Shown here: piece after piece, positions 30,135 through 42,053 of the stretch
How positions within the stretch are numbered: position 1 is the first letter of the stretch
Layout: every line of letters begins with the position of its first letter
Assembly: GCA_012522695.1 (NCBI GenBank)
Contig: JAAYJX010000107.1
Span: 22,408 to 86,407 of the forward strand
From: Erysipelotrichia bacterium
GTDB lineage: Bacteria; Bacillota_I; Bacilli_A; RFN20; CAG-826
DNA length: 64,000 nucleotides
Direction of reading: 5' to 3'
The notes under the pieces: generated by a model
What the model saw: only the letters and a program-made list of their open reading frames with translations
The model's database searches: none
Told to the model about the DNA's origin: nothing
Position numbers and translations under genes: made by a program

Positions 30135-31898
30135 TTATTCCTCCTTTAAAGCTTGGAATTCACTTTCCATCAAAAGCATAATATTTTTAACTTCGTTTTG
30201 AGCTTCTTTTTCTTTGACGTATTTTAATCGACCGATACGTTCATTTACTTTCATCATTTCAATCGCCCGTAAATCTTTATTTTGTCTAATCGCAACATTA
30301 GCTAAGTCATACCATTTTAAAATAACTTGAATCATCAAATATTGTTTATCAATTGAAGTATAAGTATCAATTTCGTGATAAGCATTTTGGTGTAAAAAGT
30401 CTTCACGAATCATTTGCGCAGAAAGTAATTTAATTCGATCTTCTTTTGAAAGAGAATCAACCCCAACAAGACGAACGATTTCTAAAAGGGTTGCCTCTTC
30501 TTGAAGAAGAATTTGTAAACGCCTAATTAAAACATTCCAATCTTGATGATAATTAGTTGTAATATCTTCATGAATAACATCTTCATATAAACTATAACTT
30601 TTAAGCCAATCAATCGCCGGGAAGTGACGTCGATAAGCAAGTGTCGCACTTAAGCCCCAAAAAACTTTAACGATGCGTAAGGTAGCTTGTGAAACTGGTT
30701 CAGACGTATCGCCACCTGGAGGAGAAACAGCACCAATCGCCGTAACTGCACCTAAACGTTTTTCATCACCTAAACAACTAACATATCCAGCTCGTTCATA
30801 AAATTCAGCTAAGCGAGACGAAAGATAAGCTGGATAACCTTCTTCACCTGGCATTTCTTCTAAACGTGAAGACATTTCGCGAAGTGCTTCTGCCCAACGT
30901 GAAGTTGAATCCGCCATAATCGCAACTTTATATCCCATATCACGGTAATATTCAGCAATTGTAATCCCGGTATAAATTGAAGCCTCGCGAGCGGCAACAG
31001 GCATATTTGAAGTATTCGCAATTAAAACTGTTCTTTGCATTAAAGATTCGCCCGTCCGTGGATCTTTTAGGTGAGGAAACTCCATTAAAACGTCAGTCAT
31101 TTCATTACCACGTTCTCCACAACCAACATAAACAATAATATCAGCATCGGCCCATTTAGCTAATTGATGTTGAACAACAGTTTTACCAGAGCCAAACGGT
31201 CCAGGAATTGCAGCAATTCCGCCAATTGAAAGGGGAAATAAAGAATCAATAACACGTTGGCCAGTTACCATAATTTTATCTGGCGCTAACTTTGATATAT
31301 AAGGACGTTTTTTTCTAACCGGCCAATATTGAATCATATTAATTTCTTTTATTTCTCCGCGATTAGTTTTAATTTTTGCAATCGTCTCACTAACCGTTGC
31401 TTCGCCCTTATGGAGCCAAATTAAAGTACCTTTAACTTTCGGCGGAACTAAAATATAATGTTTAACAACTTTAGTTTCATTAACAAATCCTAAAATCATT
31501 CCACTACTAACTTCACTATCAACTTTCGCACTAGGTTCAAATAACCATTTCTTTTTTCGGTCTAATTTAGCAATATCTATACCAAGAGGAATGTGCGCAC
31601 CGTATGCATCATAAATACTCGTTAGAGGACGTTGAATTCCATCAAAAATTGATGAAATTAAACCAGGTCCAAGTTCAGCCGATAAAGGTTCATTAGTAAA
31701 ATAAACAGGTTCGCCTGGTCCGATCCCGGCTGTTTCTTCATAAACTTGAATTGAAGCTAAATCACCGCGTAGTTCGATAACTTCGCCAATAAGTTTTTTA
31801 TGTGAAACACGAACGACATCATATACTTGGACGTTTTCCATCCCACTTGCAACAACAAGTGGTCCGGCAACTTTTGTAATTGTTCCTCTTTTTTCCAT
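30135..31898 (-). CDS. ntpA: V/A-type ATPase subunit A
   Basis: PGPFGSGKTV, GCGERGNEM, EEGYPAYL. Confidence 0.97.
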   Translation of the reverse strand: MEKRGTITKVAGPLVVASGMENVQVYDVVRVSHKKLIGEVIELRGDLASIQVYEETAGIGPGEPVYFTNEPLSAELGPGLISSIFDGIQRPLTSIYDAYGAHIPLGIDIAKLDRKKKWLFEPSAKVDSEVSSGMILGFVNETKVVKHYILVPPKVKGTLIWLHKGEATVSETIAKIKTNRGEIKEINMIQYWPVRKKRPYISKLAPDKIMVTGQRVIDSLFPLSIGGIAAIPGPFGSGKTVVQHQLAKWADADIIVYVGCGERGNEMTDVLMEFPHLKDPRTGESLMQRTVLIANTSNMPVAAREASIYTGITIAEYYRDMGYKVAIMADSTSRWAEALREMSSRLEEMPGEEGYPAYLSSRLAEFYERAGYVSCLGDEKRLGAVTAIGAVSPPGGDTSEPVSQATLRIVKVFWGLSATLAYRRHFPAIDWLKSYSLYEDVIHEDITTNYHQDWNVLIRRLQILLQEEATLLEIVRLVGVDSLSKEDRIKLLSAQMIREDFLHQNAYHEIDTYTSIDKQYLMIQVILKWYDLANVAIRQNKDLRAIEMMKVNERIGRLKYVKEKEAQNEVKNIMLLMESEFQALKEE

Positions 31899-31913
31899 CT
31901 TTTTACTTCCTTT

Positions 31914-32222
31914 CTAAAAGAGCTTTAAACCAATCGCTCTTTCCACATCCTTTCGTAATTTTTCTAAACCTTCACCACTTGGATCTTGATCAATTGCCAA
32001 AGCAATAATAATCGGAAAAGATTTATCACTAAGCCTTTTTCTTACATCCTCAAAATGATGTTGTAAACGTTCATCGATAATAATAATTTGTTTTGTTTTT
32101 ATAAACTCATTCATATGCTTTAACAAAATGTCTTCATCTACAACTAAAAAGACATCAAAACCAAAACTTTTAAATAAATAAACATTTTCGGTTTTAGAAA
32201 TTACTAAGACTTTATTTTCCAT
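31914..32222 (-). CDS. ntpG: V/A-type ATPase subunit F
   Basis: FKSFG, PIIIAL, VERAIG; operon position. Confidence 0.85.
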   Translation of the reverse strand: MENKVLVISKTENVYLFKSFGFDVFLVVDEDILLKHMNEFIKTKQIIIIDERLQHHFEDVRKRLSDKSFPIIIALAIDQDPSGEGLEKLRKDVERAIGLKLF

Positions 32223-33164
32223 TTACTTTATTTCACTCATTAATAAAACATCACGATTTGCATAAAGACGTCTTAAATCAATTACTTCAATTTGTTTTAA
32301 AATAACATATTTAATAATCGCAGCCGAACTTTCTAAATTAATTTCAAGTGGTTTTAATTCCTCAATTAATAAAAGTAATAGTCGTTGCTCAAGTAAAGCA
32401 TGGTCATGTGTTTTTAATGCTTCTTCTAAGGGTTTAGCAAATTGGCCCATATAAAGATTAGCGAATTTATTAAAAAGTTCATCATCACTTGCCCCTGCTA
32501 TTTTTTTAATATCACCAACTTCTAAAGTTCCATGCGTTAATAGATGTAGACTTAATTCATCCATCTTTAATTTCATTTTACGAAAGCGTAGCATCGTTAA
32601 TAAATTACTAATATCAGTCGACATTTGAAAATAAATTAATAAGGATTGATCTTTACTTTTTATAATTTTTTCATATAAAAGATCTTGAAAAGTAAGCTGC
32701 AAATAAGTTGCAAGTTCATTTACATTATTAAAACTTTTTTCATTTGTCTTTAAAAGAAGCGTTTTATAAGGCTCGATTAAATTTGTATAATCATCAAAAA
32801 CAAAAGCATCTCTTAATACTTTTTCCTTAATAAAACCCGCTTCGATAAAAACTTCATCTTTAATTTGAAAAAGCTTCTTTTTGTAAAAAGACCTTATATT
32901 AACTAAATCGTAGTTTGTAAAAAAGATCATAACTAGTTGATCATTTTGCACGACTTCTAAAAGTTCTTTTTTTAAATGAAGAATTTCACCATCCACAAGT
33001 TTATGTAGCGAACTATTTTGATGACCTAAACCATAGCCAAAAGAGTGCAACTTTAAAACAAAGTTCTCATCACTAACTTTTCTTAACTCTAAAAAGTGTT
33101 CTTTGCTAAGTAAAGAACTTTGTTTAGTTCCTAAATATGCACTTGCGAATGTATAATCAACCAT
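32223..33164 (-). CDS. ntpC: V/A-type ATPase subunit C
   Basis: YDLVNIR and DISNL repeats; operon position. Confidence 0.8.
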   Translation of the reverse strand: MVDYTFASAYLGTKQSSLLSKEHFLELRKVSDENFVLKLHSFGYGLGHQNSSLHKLVDGEILHLKKELLEVVQNDQLVMIFFTNYDLVNIRSFYKKKLFQIKDEVFIEAGFIKEKVLRDAFVFDDYTNLIEPYKTLLLKTNEKSFNNVNELATYLQLTFQDLLYEKIIKSKDQSLLIYFQMSTDISNLLTMLRFRKMKLKMDELSLHLLTHGTLEVGDIKKIAGASDDELFNKFANLYMGQFAKPLEEALKTHDHALLEQRLLLLLIEELKPLEINLESSAAIIKYVILKQIEVIDLRRLYANRDVLLMSEIK

Positions 33165-33785
33165 TTATTTTTTGTTGTCCTTAAAAAGAAGTTCAAATAA
33201 TTGTTTTTCTTTTTCTTTGCGAATTTTTGCTAAAATTGGCACAACACTAAAATTTAAATCAAAAGTTTGACCAATTAAAATGAAGCCTTCGTCTTCGTTT
33301 GAGGGAATATTTTCTAAAGAAAGGGTATATTTTTTGCCTAAAGATTTATTTAATAAATCAAGGTCTACGAGTTTGCCTTTTGGTTTAGTTGATAACGCTT
33401 TTAAATATTTGTCGTATTCGTTTTTAGATACTCTTAAAACTTCATCACCTTGAATGTTTTCTTCTTTAATTAAACTTACAACAAAGTCTAATAAATCTTT
33501 TTCCTTAAGGTTTTTAAAGTGTTCTAAAACATCATTAAACAAATCATCAATTGCTTTATTTTTAAGCGCAGCAATCGTTTGCCGAAATTCTAAATCTAAA
33601 ATCGCGTCTTGTTGAGCAATTTCACTCGCGCTTTTGACTTTAGCTTTTTCAACAATTAAAGCAGCTTTTTTCTCAGCCTCATTAATAATTTGGTGTCTTA
33701 AAAATTCAGCGTCTTTTTCAGCCTTTTGTTTAATGAGATTACTTTCTTCTTCGCCTTTTTTAGCGATTTTTTTATAAATTGACAT
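33165..33785 (-). CDS. ntpE: V/A-type ATPase subunit E
   Basis: N-terminal coiled coil, EGFIL...DLNFS; start at MSIYKK. Confidence 0.82.
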   Translation of the reverse strand: MSIYKKIAKKGEEESNLIKQKAEKDAEFLRHQIINEAEKKAALIVEKAKVKSASEIAQQDAILDLEFRQTIAALKNKAIDDLFNDVLEHFKNLKEKDLLDFVVSLIKEENIQGDEVLRVSKNEYDKYLKALSTKPKGKLVDLDLLNKSLGKKYTLSLENIPSNEDEGFILIGQTFDLNFSVVPILAKIRKEKEKQLFELLFKDNKK

Positions 33786-33799
33786 TTTTAATCTCACTT

Positions 33800-34273
33800 T
33801 TAAACAGCAATTGTTGACCAAAGTAAAATACTAACGAGTAAAGCTAAAATTGCGTAAGTTTCGACAATTGCTGTCATCGTCATACCACGCGTCATTAGTT
33901 CAGGCCTTTTTCCTGTCATTAAAATAGATGTTGCGGCAATCTTACCTTGAGCAATAGCAGAAACTAATCCGACAATTGCAATTGGAATTGAAGCACCTAA
34001 AAGTGCCCAACCTTGCCAATCACTTAGTTCAACGACTCCACCACCTATGAGGCCGATTTTTTGCATAATTAAAACGCCAAGCAAAAAGCCGTAAATTCCT
34101 TGTGTGCCTGGTAGAGCTTGTAAAACTAAGACACGTCCAAACAGTTCTGGTTTTTCACTAAGAACACCATTTCCTGCTCGTCCGGCAATTGAAACGCCAA
34201 TTGCAGAACCAATACCTGCTAATCCGGCAGCAAGTGCTGCACCAATAATTGATAGAACTAATCCGTAACTCAT
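33800..34273 (-). CDS. ntpK: V/A-type ATPase subunit K (Na+-type c-ring)
   Basis: Four TMs with LPGTQGIYG, AIAQG and ETYAIL, matching the Na+ ligands of Enterococcus hirae NtpK. Confidence 0.93.
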   Translation of the reverse strand: MSYGLVLSIIGAALAAGLAGIGSAIGVSIAGRAGNGVLSEKPELFGRVLVLQALPGTQGIYGFLLGVLIMQKIGLIGGGVVELSDWQGWALLGASIPIAIVGLVSAIAQGKIAATSILMTGKRPELMTRGMTMTAIVETYAILALLVSILLWSTIAV

Positions 34274-36231
34274 TTTCTATCTCCTTTCTTCTTTCTTTTA
34301 TTTATTTTCGGCACGAATTCAATTTCATGCACTTGTTTTAGACGAATGGCAAAAGGTTCAAAAAGGTAGCCGTCACCTTCAAAGAACTTATTAAAAAATT
34401 CAATGTATTGCAAACGACCATCATGAACATAAGCCGATAGTAAGCCCATTGCAAAATTAAAAATATGACCAATTAAATACACTAATAACGATAAAATAAA
34501 ACCAAACCACGATCCTTGAATCATCTTAGCAAGTAAGTTCATCGTTGAAGCAATAACAGCAGAAGATAAACTTAAAGCTAAAATTCGTGAATAAGATAAA
34601 ATATCACTTAAATAACTCGTTGATGAATATATCGCGCCTAAACCTCCAGTAATTTTACCAAAAATATTTTTGCTTTTGCGTCCAGCTAAAAATAATAAAA
34701 TAAGCGCGCCTAAACCAGCAAAGCCTAAACCGATGTACATCAACACTTTAACATCGCCCCAAATAACCATTTGTGCAGCAACAAAAAGTAAACCAACTAA
34801 AACTAAAATCCAACTTAAACCATCGGCAATCGCCCCTAAAATATCTTTTCGTTTAATTAATAAAGCCATCTTTAAACCAAGGCCATTAATAATATGCAAA
34901 ACACCAAAGACAAGCGAAAATCCAAGCATAATAATTGGGTCATTAACAGGATTTAAAATAACACTCGTCCAATTTTGTTGGCCAAAAATCTTGCCAACTA
35001 AATGTCCTAAGTCAAAATCTGCACCAAAAAAGCTCCCAAATAATATCCCGGCAAGTACAGAAGTAATACCTGAATAAAAGAAAACATATAAAAGTTGTTT
35101 AAAGCCACCTTTTGGTTTTAACAACCAAAGACCAAGACCAAATAAAATAAGCATTAAAAGACCATAGCCAACATCACCCATCATAATCCCAAAAATAATC
35201 CAATACCAAAACGCCATCATTGGGTTAGGATCGATTTCTTTATGGTTTGGAACTGAAAACATATTCGTAATTGTTTCAAATTGCGAAACAAATTTATTAT
35301 TTTTTAATGCCGTTGGCGGAACTTCATTTTCTTTTGGATCGCTAATATCCATTTCGAAATCGGTTGTTACTTTAGAAATTTCTTCTTTTAATAAATCAAC
35401 TTGATCACTTCTAACCCAACCATCTAAATAAGTTGTGTGCTCAGTTTTAGCAAAAACAACTTTTTTCCGGTCAATTTCTGCTTGGAGGCGATCATGAAAA
35501 ATTTCAAGTTCGCTTTTATTTAAAGCGAGTGTTTTTATTTCATCATTTAAAGTTAAAATTCGTGTTTTTGTTTTTTCTAAATTAACTTCTAATTCTTCAA
35601 CATATTGTTTTAATGTTAAATCGCTTTTTGGAAAGTCGACTTCAACGAACGATTGAGAAATTAAATCTTCATTAATACTTGCGTCTTCTTCATAGTATGA
35701 AGCATAAAATAAAGCCGGCCCGTAATTAGTTAATTGTAAAGTTTGATAAGGCAATTCTTTTTCATCTAAGTACTTAGTCGCTTCTTCGATACGATCCTTT
35801 TTAATTAAACCGATATGATAACGAGCATATAAAGCAGAAGTTAATTCGTTTAAAGGAAAATCAATTTCTCTAAAGGGAGTAAATTTGTCGGCTAAAAGAG
35901 ATAGTTTTTCTTCTTCTTTTTTTACTTCTTCTAAATGTAAAAGTTTTTCTTCGATTTGCAAAAGAAGATCAAGTTGTTGTTTATCATCAAGCATAAATTT
36001 TTCATAACTAACTTGATGAAAGCGGAAGAGAGGTTTTTTCTTTGAAAAAGTTGGTAATTCACTAAGAACTTTACTAATCCTTTGTAAAAGAGCTGTTTCT
36101 TCTGTTACGTCTTTACTACTACTTGCTGAAGGAATAATCATAAAAAGCGCAGATTTTTGTAAAGCTTTTAAAACTAAATCTTGTTCGCTTTCAAAAGTAA
36201 ATAAACGTGCTTTTTGAACTTTAACGATCAC
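34270..36231 (-). CDS. ntpI: V/A-type ATPase subunit I
   Basis: EIDPNP, FGIMMGDVGYG, SYSRILAL, RLQYIEFF. Confidence 0.95.
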   Translation of the reverse strand: MIVKVQKARLFTFESEQDLVLKALQKSALFMIIPSASSSKDVTEETALLQRISKVLSELPTFSKKKPLFRFHQVSYEKFMLDDKQQLDLLLQIEEKLLHLEEVKKEEEKLSLLADKFTPFREIDFPLNELTSALYARYHIGLIKKDRIEEATKYLDEKELPYQTLQLTNYGPALFYASYYEEDASINEDLISQSFVEVDFPKSDLTLKQYVEELEVNLEKTKTRILTLNDEIKTLALNKSELEIFHDRLQAEIDRKKVVFAKTEHTTYLDGWVRSDQVDLLKEEISKVTTDFEMDISDPKENEVPPTALKNNKFVSQFETITNMFSVPNHKEIDPNPMMAFWYWIIFGIMMGDVGYGLLMLILFGLGLWLLKPKGGFKQLLYVFFYSGITSVLAGILFGSFFGADFDLGHLVGKIFGQQNWTSVILNPVNDPIIMLGFSLVFGVLHIINGLGLKMALLIKRKDILGAIADGLSWILVLVGLLFVAAQMVIWGDVKVLMYIGLGFAGLGALILLFLAGRKSKNIFGKITGGLGAIYSSTSYLSDILSYSRILALSLSSAVIASTMNLLAKMIQGSWFGFILSLLVYLIGHIFNFAMGLLSAYVHDGRLQYIEFFNKFFEGDGYLFEPFAIRLKQVHEIEFVPKINKRKKKGDRK

Positions 36232-36535
36232 GGTGATAAACCTCTTTTGTTACTATGTTAGCGAGTTCAACTTTTTTCTTTGTAATACTTTGGAGTAATT
36301 TAGTTTGTTCTTTATTTAAGTTTGCTTGAAAGGCTTCTTTTTTTTCTTCGATTATTTTTTTTGTTTTGGCTTCAATTTCTTCTTTTTCTTTTTTGGCTAA
36401 AGAAAGAAGTTCGTTAGCTTTTTCAGTACTCTTTTGTTTTGTTTTTTCTAACAAGTTTTCTTGATAGATTTTAGCATCCTCAATTAAGGCATTTGCCTGA
36501 CGTTCTGCTAAGATAATTTTCTCCATTGGTTTCAT
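36221..36535 (-). CDS. ntpF: V/A-type ATPase subunit G/H
   Basis: Small charged coiled coil, first gene of the F-I-K-E-C-G-A-B-D order. Confidence 0.7.
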   Translation of the reverse strand: MKPMEKIILAERQANALIEDAKIYQENLLEKTKQKSTEKANELLSLAKKEKEEIEAKTKKIIEEKKEAFQANLNKEQTKLLQSITKKKVELANIVTKEVYHRDR

Positions 36536-36645
36536 ATTCTAGACCTCGCTTTTTTGACTAAATCACAAAGAGTAATTTTAACATAAAATTATTTCTTTTT
36601 CTATAAAAGACTCCTATATTTGCTAAATATTGTGCTTTTTTTCAT

Positions 36646-37227
36646 CTATTGTTGCCCTTCAATAAACACCGATAATTTCCTAATCAAACTATAATATTGA
36701 GCATTATAATAATCACGAATATCTAATTTTGTTAATTCGATAAATTGATTAATGCGATATAAAAAAGTATTCCGATGAATATAAAGTTTTTTTGCCGCGT
36801 TAATCCCGTTTAGCCCACTACTAATAAAAGCATCGGCTGTCATTAATAAATACATGGGGATTTCTGCAAATTTACGTTGTGCTAATTTGATTAGTGAGTA
36901 ATCATTTTCTAAAGCTAATTTAAAAAATAAATCAGATAAATGAATAAGGTTTAAAATTCTTTTTTCTTTTGCTTTTTTAAAGGCTAATTTAGTTAAATCA
37001 CTATAATCGTGACTTACTAAAAAAAGAAAAAAATGGCCAGTATCACTTGTTATAACTGGCAATAATGTTTCAAGGTGATCGACTAAAGAAACATCTGCGA
37101 CTAAGTAGCCACTTTTCTCATTTAGAAAAACAATTTCTTCAATTTTTGTTCCTAGGCTATTTAAAGCGTCTAAAAAACGCTTCTTTTCAATTTCAAGAGG
37201 TGAATTAAAAAGATAGTACTTAATCAT
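36646..37227 (-). CDS. PucR/CdaR-family C-terminal HTH protein
   Basis: AAKKLYIHRNTFLYRINQF...LDIR. Confidence 0.8.
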   Translation of the reverse strand: MIKYYLFNSPLEIEKKRFLDALNSLGTKIEEIVFLNEKSGYLVADVSLVDHLETLLPVITSDTGHFFLFLVSHDYSDLTKLAFKKAKEKRILNLIHLSDLFFKLALENDYSLIKLAQRKFAEIPMYLLMTADAFISSGLNGINAAKKLYIHRNTFLYRINQFIELTKLDIRDYYNAQYYSLIRKLSVFIEGQQ

Positions 37228-37264
37228 ACTTATATTATTGTGCAGGCTGCACAAATAGTAAAGA

Positions 37265-38038
37265 CTAATTACTTTCTTCTTTATCGATTACTTCACGGGC
37301 AAGCGAAAAATAAGCTAAGCTTCCCGATGCACTAGGTCGAAAAATCGTTACAGGGACACCGCGAAAACTAGCTTCGGGAATCGAAATATTACGAGGAATA
37401 GTCGTTAAAAAAGTATTTTCTTTGAAAAGGCCCCTTATTTCTTGCGATATTTCAATACCTAAACGCGTCCTAGCGTCATACATCGTTAATAAAAAACCTT
37501 CGATTTCTAAATGGGGATTCGAAGATTTTTGTGTATTTGATATAGCAACAAGCGTTGGGCTTACAGCTTCAAGAGCAAAATATTCACATTGAACAGGAAT
37601 TAAAACACTGTTCGCAGCAACTAAAGAATTATAATTTAGTGTCCCTAAAGATGGAGGACAATCAATAATGATATAATCATAATCTTTTTTTAATGTTAGT
37701 AATGTTTCTTTTAATAAACTTAATTTATCAACAACTTTTTCTTCAATAGCTGAATCTATCGAGGCCAGTTTTAAATTAGAAGGAACGAGTTCTAAATGTT
37801 TAACGACAGTCTTTTTTATTACACGATTAAGATCGTAATTTTTAACTAAAACATCATAAATTGTTTTTGGTTGCAAAGCCGGGTCAAAGCCAAGACCACG
37901 TGTTGCATCACTTTGCGGATCTAAATCAATTAATAAGACTTTACGACGAAAATGAGCTAAGGCGCTCGATAAATTAATTGCCGTCGTCGTCTTACCAACC
38001 CCGCCCTTTTGATTTACAATGCCAATAATTTTCGCCAT
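37265..38038 (-). CDS. soj: ParA/Soj ATPase
   Basis: NQKGGVGKTTT, DLDPQ, DCPPSLG, PVQCEYFALE; start at MAKIIG. Confidence 0.93.
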   Translation of the reverse strand: MAKIIGIVNQKGGVGKTTTAINLSSALAHFRRKVLLIDLDPQSDATRGLGFDPALQPKTIYDVLVKNYDLNRVIKKTVVKHLELVPSNLKLASIDSAIEEKVVDKLSLLKETLLTLKKDYDYIIIDCPPSLGTLNYNSLVAANSVLIPVQCEYFALEAVSPTLVAISNTQKSSNPHLEIEGFLLTMYDARTRLGIEISQEIRGLFKENTFLTTIPRNISIPEASFRGVPVTIFRPSASGSLAYFSLAREVIDKEESN

Positions 38039-38078
38039 GATTAAATAGTTTATACTACTTAAGATATTTCTTAAATAG

Positions 38079-38783
38079 TTAAAGTGGTTTTGTTGCAATC
38101 AAACTATAACTACGAGGATAACGAATTGGTGTGATATCGTTTTTAACGATAAAAAGGGTAAAACGCGTTTCTTTTAAATTAGGTAATTCATCTTCATATT
38201 TATTTATAAGTTTACATTTTAAAGTTAAAAAAGCTTTGCGTGCTTGCGTAATTTCACTATGTGCTTTTTTGCCTTTCATCGCAATCAAACTACCTTTTAC
38301 TTTTAAAAGAGGGATCGCTAGTTCTAATAAAATATTAAGTTGTTTAACCGCCCGGGCAATAACAAAATCAAAACTTTCTCTTAGTTTATTTTGTGATTCA
38401 GCGCGCCCAACAATAACCGTAACATTTTTTAAGGATAGTTTTTCAACCATCGTTTGTAAAAAATGAGCTTTTTTTTGATTAGGTTCTAATAAAGTAACAT
38501 CAGCCGATTCGTTAAAAAGGGCAATAACTAAGCCTGGAAAGCCTGCACCACTACCAAGATCGATAATTGATTTATCTTTTAAATCGACATATTGAAGAGG
38601 AATAAGTGAATCATAAAAATGTTTTTCATAAATTTCCTCTTTTTTTTCTAAAGCCGTTAAATTAAAAAGTTTATTCCAATTTTGTAATTCATCGGCATAA
38701 AGCTTTAATTTTTTTAAAAGAGCATCATTAACGTTTAAACCTAAATGTTGTGTAATGGCAGCTTTTAAGTTTTCTAAAGTCAT
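38079..38783 (-). CDS. rsmG: 16S rRNA m7G527 methyltransferase
   Basis: NLTA, HFYDSL, DLGSGAGFPG, ARAV. Confidence 0.96.
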   Translation of the reverse strand: MTLENLKAAITQHLGLNVNDALLKKLKLYADELQNWNKLFNLTALEKKEEIYEKHFYDSLIPLQYVDLKDKSIIDLGSGAGFPGLVIALFNESADVTLLEPNQKKAHFLQTMVEKLSLKNVTVIVGRAESQNKLRESFDFVIARAVKQLNILLELAIPLLKVKGSLIAMKGKKAHSEITQARKAFLTLKCKLINKYEDELPNLKETRFTLFIVKNDITPIRYPRSYSLIATKPL

Positions 38784-40663
38784 AAAACACCTTCTTTTTT
38801 CAAAACTAAAATCAAAACCGCAATATCACTAGGGTTAACACCTTGAACTCGACTTGCTTGACCAATTGTTTGCGGTCTTATTTTTTGTAGTTGTTGACGC
38901 GCTTCTAAGGCGAGTCCATCAATATTTAAATAATTAATATTCGTAGGTAAATTAATCATTTCAAATTTCATAAATGCTGTTGCTTCTTTTTCTTGTTTGG
39001 AAATATAACCTTCATATTTAATACTAATTTCTAATTGTAAGATAGCTAACTCGCAAAGATTTAATTGTTTTAGACTAGGAATTAAATCACTTAAGTGTTT
39101 GTAATTTAAATTTGGTCTTTTTAATAAATCATAAGCAAGGTGTCCGCCTGTAAGAGGCTTTATATTATTTTTAAGTAAATATTTATTAATTTCTGCTTTT
39201 GCACCTAAATAAGTTGTTTTTAAAATATGTGTTGCCTTAGCAATTAATTCATTCTTCTTTTGAAACTCTGCATAACGCAATTCATCAACTAAACCTAATT
39301 GGTAAGCATAAGGTAAAAGACGCAAGTCAGCATTATCATGTCGAAGTAAAAGTCGATATTCGGCTCGACTTGAAAGAAGGCGATAAGGTTCACTTGCTCC
39401 TTTTGTTACTAAATCATCAATCATCACAGCTAAGTACGACTCATTCCGTTTTAAGATAAAAGGCTCTTTATTTTGAATTGACAAAGTCGCATTAATACCT
39501 GCGATCAAACCTAAACCTGCCGCCTCTTCATAACCTGATGTGCCACAAATTTGGCCCGCTCCATAAAGGCCCTCATATTTTTTTACTTTTAAAGTTAAAT
39601 CAAATTGAGTAGGAACGAGAGCATCATATTCAATCGCGTAACCATATTTTAAAATTTTAGCGTTTTCTAAACCTGGTAAAGAATGAACCATTTTTTCTTG
39701 AACGTCTTTTGGCATCGATGTTGCAAAACCTTGAATATAAACTGCATGACCATCTCTTGTTTCTGGTTCAAGAAAAAGCTGATGGGTTGGTTTATCAATA
39801 AACGTATGAATTTTTCCTTCAATTGACGGACAATAACGCGGACCAACACCTTGCATAACGCCGCTAAATTGAGCTGAACGATGTAAATTATTTAAAATGA
39901 TTTGATGTGTTTCATTAGATGTATAAATTAAATGACAAGGTAGTTGTTCTTCAAAAGGAACATACGTCGTTGTTAAATAAGAAAAAGCTAAATTATCTTT
40001 TGCCCCATATTGAATTTTTGCTTTTGAAAAATCAATTGTCCGTTTATCAATTCGAGGTGGGGTACCAGTTTTAAGGCGATAAATTTCTAAACCCATTTTT
40101 TGGAGTGAAGAAGATAATCCTAAAGAAGCTTTGTGCCCATCAGGTCCGCTTTTAAATTTTTCTTCACCACGTAAAATTTCGGCCTCCATAAACGTACCTG
40201 TTGTTAAAATAACAGCCTTACTTTTTACTTGACTTCCATCTTCTAAAACAACTCCATAAACTTTATTTTCATCATAAAGAAGGTCGACAATCATACCTTC
40301 TAAAACGTCTAAATTATCAGCTTCTTTTAATATTTTTTTAACAGCTTCCGGATAAGTTTTTCGATCACTTTGCGAACGAAGACATTGCACGCCTGGACCC
40401 TTTGAAGTGTTAAGCATTTTAAGTTGTAAATATCGATCATCAGCAGCTCGCGACATGACACCACCAAAAGCATCAATTTCCCTAACAACATTACCCTTAG
40501 CAGAACCACCAATTGAAGGGTTACAAGATAGTAATGCAATCGCATCAAAACTTATTGTATATAAAGCAACTTTCATCCCCATTTTCGAGGCGGCATAAGC
40601 AGCTTCAACTCCAGCGTGACCCGCACCAACAACAATAATATCGTAATCCACTTTAACCAACAC
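38780..40663 (-). CDS. mnmG: tRNA uridine-5-carboxymethylaminomethyl modification enzyme
   Basis: [40 protein letters not shown]. Confidence 0.97.
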   Translation of the reverse strand: MLVKVDYDIIVVGAGHAGVEAAYAASKMGMKVALYTISFDAIALLSCNPSIGGSAKGNVVREIDAFGGVMSRAADDRYLQLKMLNTSKGPGVQCLRSQSDRKTYPEAVKKILKEADNLDVLEGMIVDLLYDENKVYGVVLEDGSQVKSKAVILTTGTFMEAEILRGEEKFKSGPDGHKASLGLSSSLQKMGLEIYRLKTGTPPRIDKRTIDFSKAKIQYGAKDNLAFSYLTTTYVPFEEQLPCHLIYTSNETHQIILNNLHRSAQFSGVMQGVGPRYCPSIEGKIHTFIDKPTHQLFLEPETRDGHAVYIQGFATSMPKDVQEKMVHSLPGLENAKILKYGYAIEYDALVPTQFDLTLKVKKYEGLYGAGQICGTSGYEEAAGLGLIAGINATLSIQNKEPFILKRNESYLAVMIDDLVTKGASEPYRLLSSRAEYRLLLRHDNADLRLLPYAYQLGLVDELRYAEFQKKNELIAKATHILKTTYLGAKAEINKYLLKNNIKPLTGGHLAYDLLKRPNLNYKHLSDLIPSLKQLNLCELAILQLEISIKYEGYISKQEKEATAFMKFEMINLPTNINYLNIDGLALEARQQLQKIRPQTIGQASRVQGVNPSDIAVLILVLKKEGVL

Positions 40664-42053
40664 TGCCTTCCATATCCATCTTAATAAGTTGGTTTAATTC
40701 AACAGCATATTCCATTGGTAATTCACGAGCAAATGGTTCAATAAAACCCATAATAATCATTTGTGTAGCCTCATCTTTTTCAATACCTCGCGACATTAGA
40801 TAAAATAATTGGTCTTCACTAATTTTACTAACGCTAGCTTCATGTTCAATAAATGATTCATTATTTTTTACTTCATTAGTTGGGATTGTGTCACTTTTAG
40901 AAATATCATCTAAAATGAGCGTATCGCATTCAACATGGCTACGAGCATTAAGGGCACCTTTTTCATGACGGACCGTTCCGCGATAATTAGCAACTCCACC
41001 ATTTTTAACAATTGATTTTGAAATAATAGTTGAACTTGTGTTTTCACCTAGATGTATCATTCTTGCCCCGGCATCTTGGTATTGATTTTCACCAGCTACC
41101 GCAATCGAAATACAAGTTCCTTTTGAATAATTTCCTTTTAAAATAACAGCAGGATATTTCATATTTACAAGACTACCAATATTGCCGTCAATCCACTCCA
41201 TTTCAGCATTTTCCATGCAAATAGCCCGTTTTGTGACGAGATTTAGAATATTCTTTGACCAATTTTGAACGGTTGAATAACGACACTTTGCATCTTTTAA
41301 AACAACAATTTCAACAACCGCCGCATGAAGAGAATCTTTTGAATATATCGGCGCGGTACAACCTTCAACATAATGAACTTCAGCACCTTCATCGACAATA
41401 ATTAACGTCCTTTCAAATTGTCCGCTTCGTTCATTATTAATCCGAAAATAAGATTGAAGAGGTTTATCTAATTTGACTCCTTTAGGAACGTAAATGAAAG
41501 ATCCTCCCGACCATACTGCGCCATTTAAAGCACTAAATTTATTATCAGTATAAGGGACAACACTATTAAAGTATTTTTGAAAAAGTTCAGGATAAAGTTT
41601 TAAAGCTTGATCAGTTGAAAGAAAGATAATTCCTTTTTCTTCAACTTCTTTTAACATGTTATGATAAACAACTTCTGATTCATATTGAGTTGTTACACCG
41701 GCAAGAAATTTTTGTTCAGCTTCAGGAATTCCAAGTTTTATAAAAGTGTTTTTAATTGTTTCGGGAACATCATCCCAACTCGTTTCTTCTTTTCTTGTCG
41801 CGCGATTAAAATATGTGTAATCATCAAAGTTAATAAAAGTTAAATCTGGACCAAAATTTGGGAGCTTCATTTTTTCAAATGCTTGCAGAGATTTTAAACG
41901 AAAATTAAGCATCCATTCTGGTTCGTTTTTAAGACGCGAAATAGTCCGTACAACTTCGATATTTAAACCTTTGCCAGTCGTTAAAAATTCAACGTTTTCG
42001 TCTTTAAAACCATAGGCATATTTTTCTTCAAATAACTTATCTTTTTTCTTCAT
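40653..42053 (-). CDS. sufB: Fe-S cluster assembly protein SufB
   Basis: [32 protein letters not shown]. Confidence 0.97.
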   Translation of the reverse strand: MKKKDKLFEEKYAYGFKDENVEFLTTGKGLNIEVVRTISRLKNEPEWMLNFRLKSLQAFEKMKLPNFGPDLTFINFDDYTYFNRATRKEETSWDDVPETIKNTFIKLGIPEAEQKFLAGVTTQYESEVVYHNMLKEVEEKGIIFLSTDQALKLYPELFQKYFNSVVPYTDNKFSALNGAVWSGGSFIYVPKGVKLDKPLQSYFRINNERSGQFERTLIIVDEGAEVHYVEGCTAPIYSKDSLHAAVVEIVVLKDAKCRYSTVQNWSKNILNLVTKRAICMENAEMEWIDGNIGSLVNMKYPAVILKGNYSKGTCISIAVAGENQYQDAGARMIHLGENTSSTIISKSIVKNGGVANYRGTVRHEKGALNARSHVECDTLILDDISKSDTIPTNEVKNNESFIEHEASVSKISEDQLFYLMSRGIEKDEATQMIIMGFIEPFARELPMEYAVELNQLIKMDMEGSVG

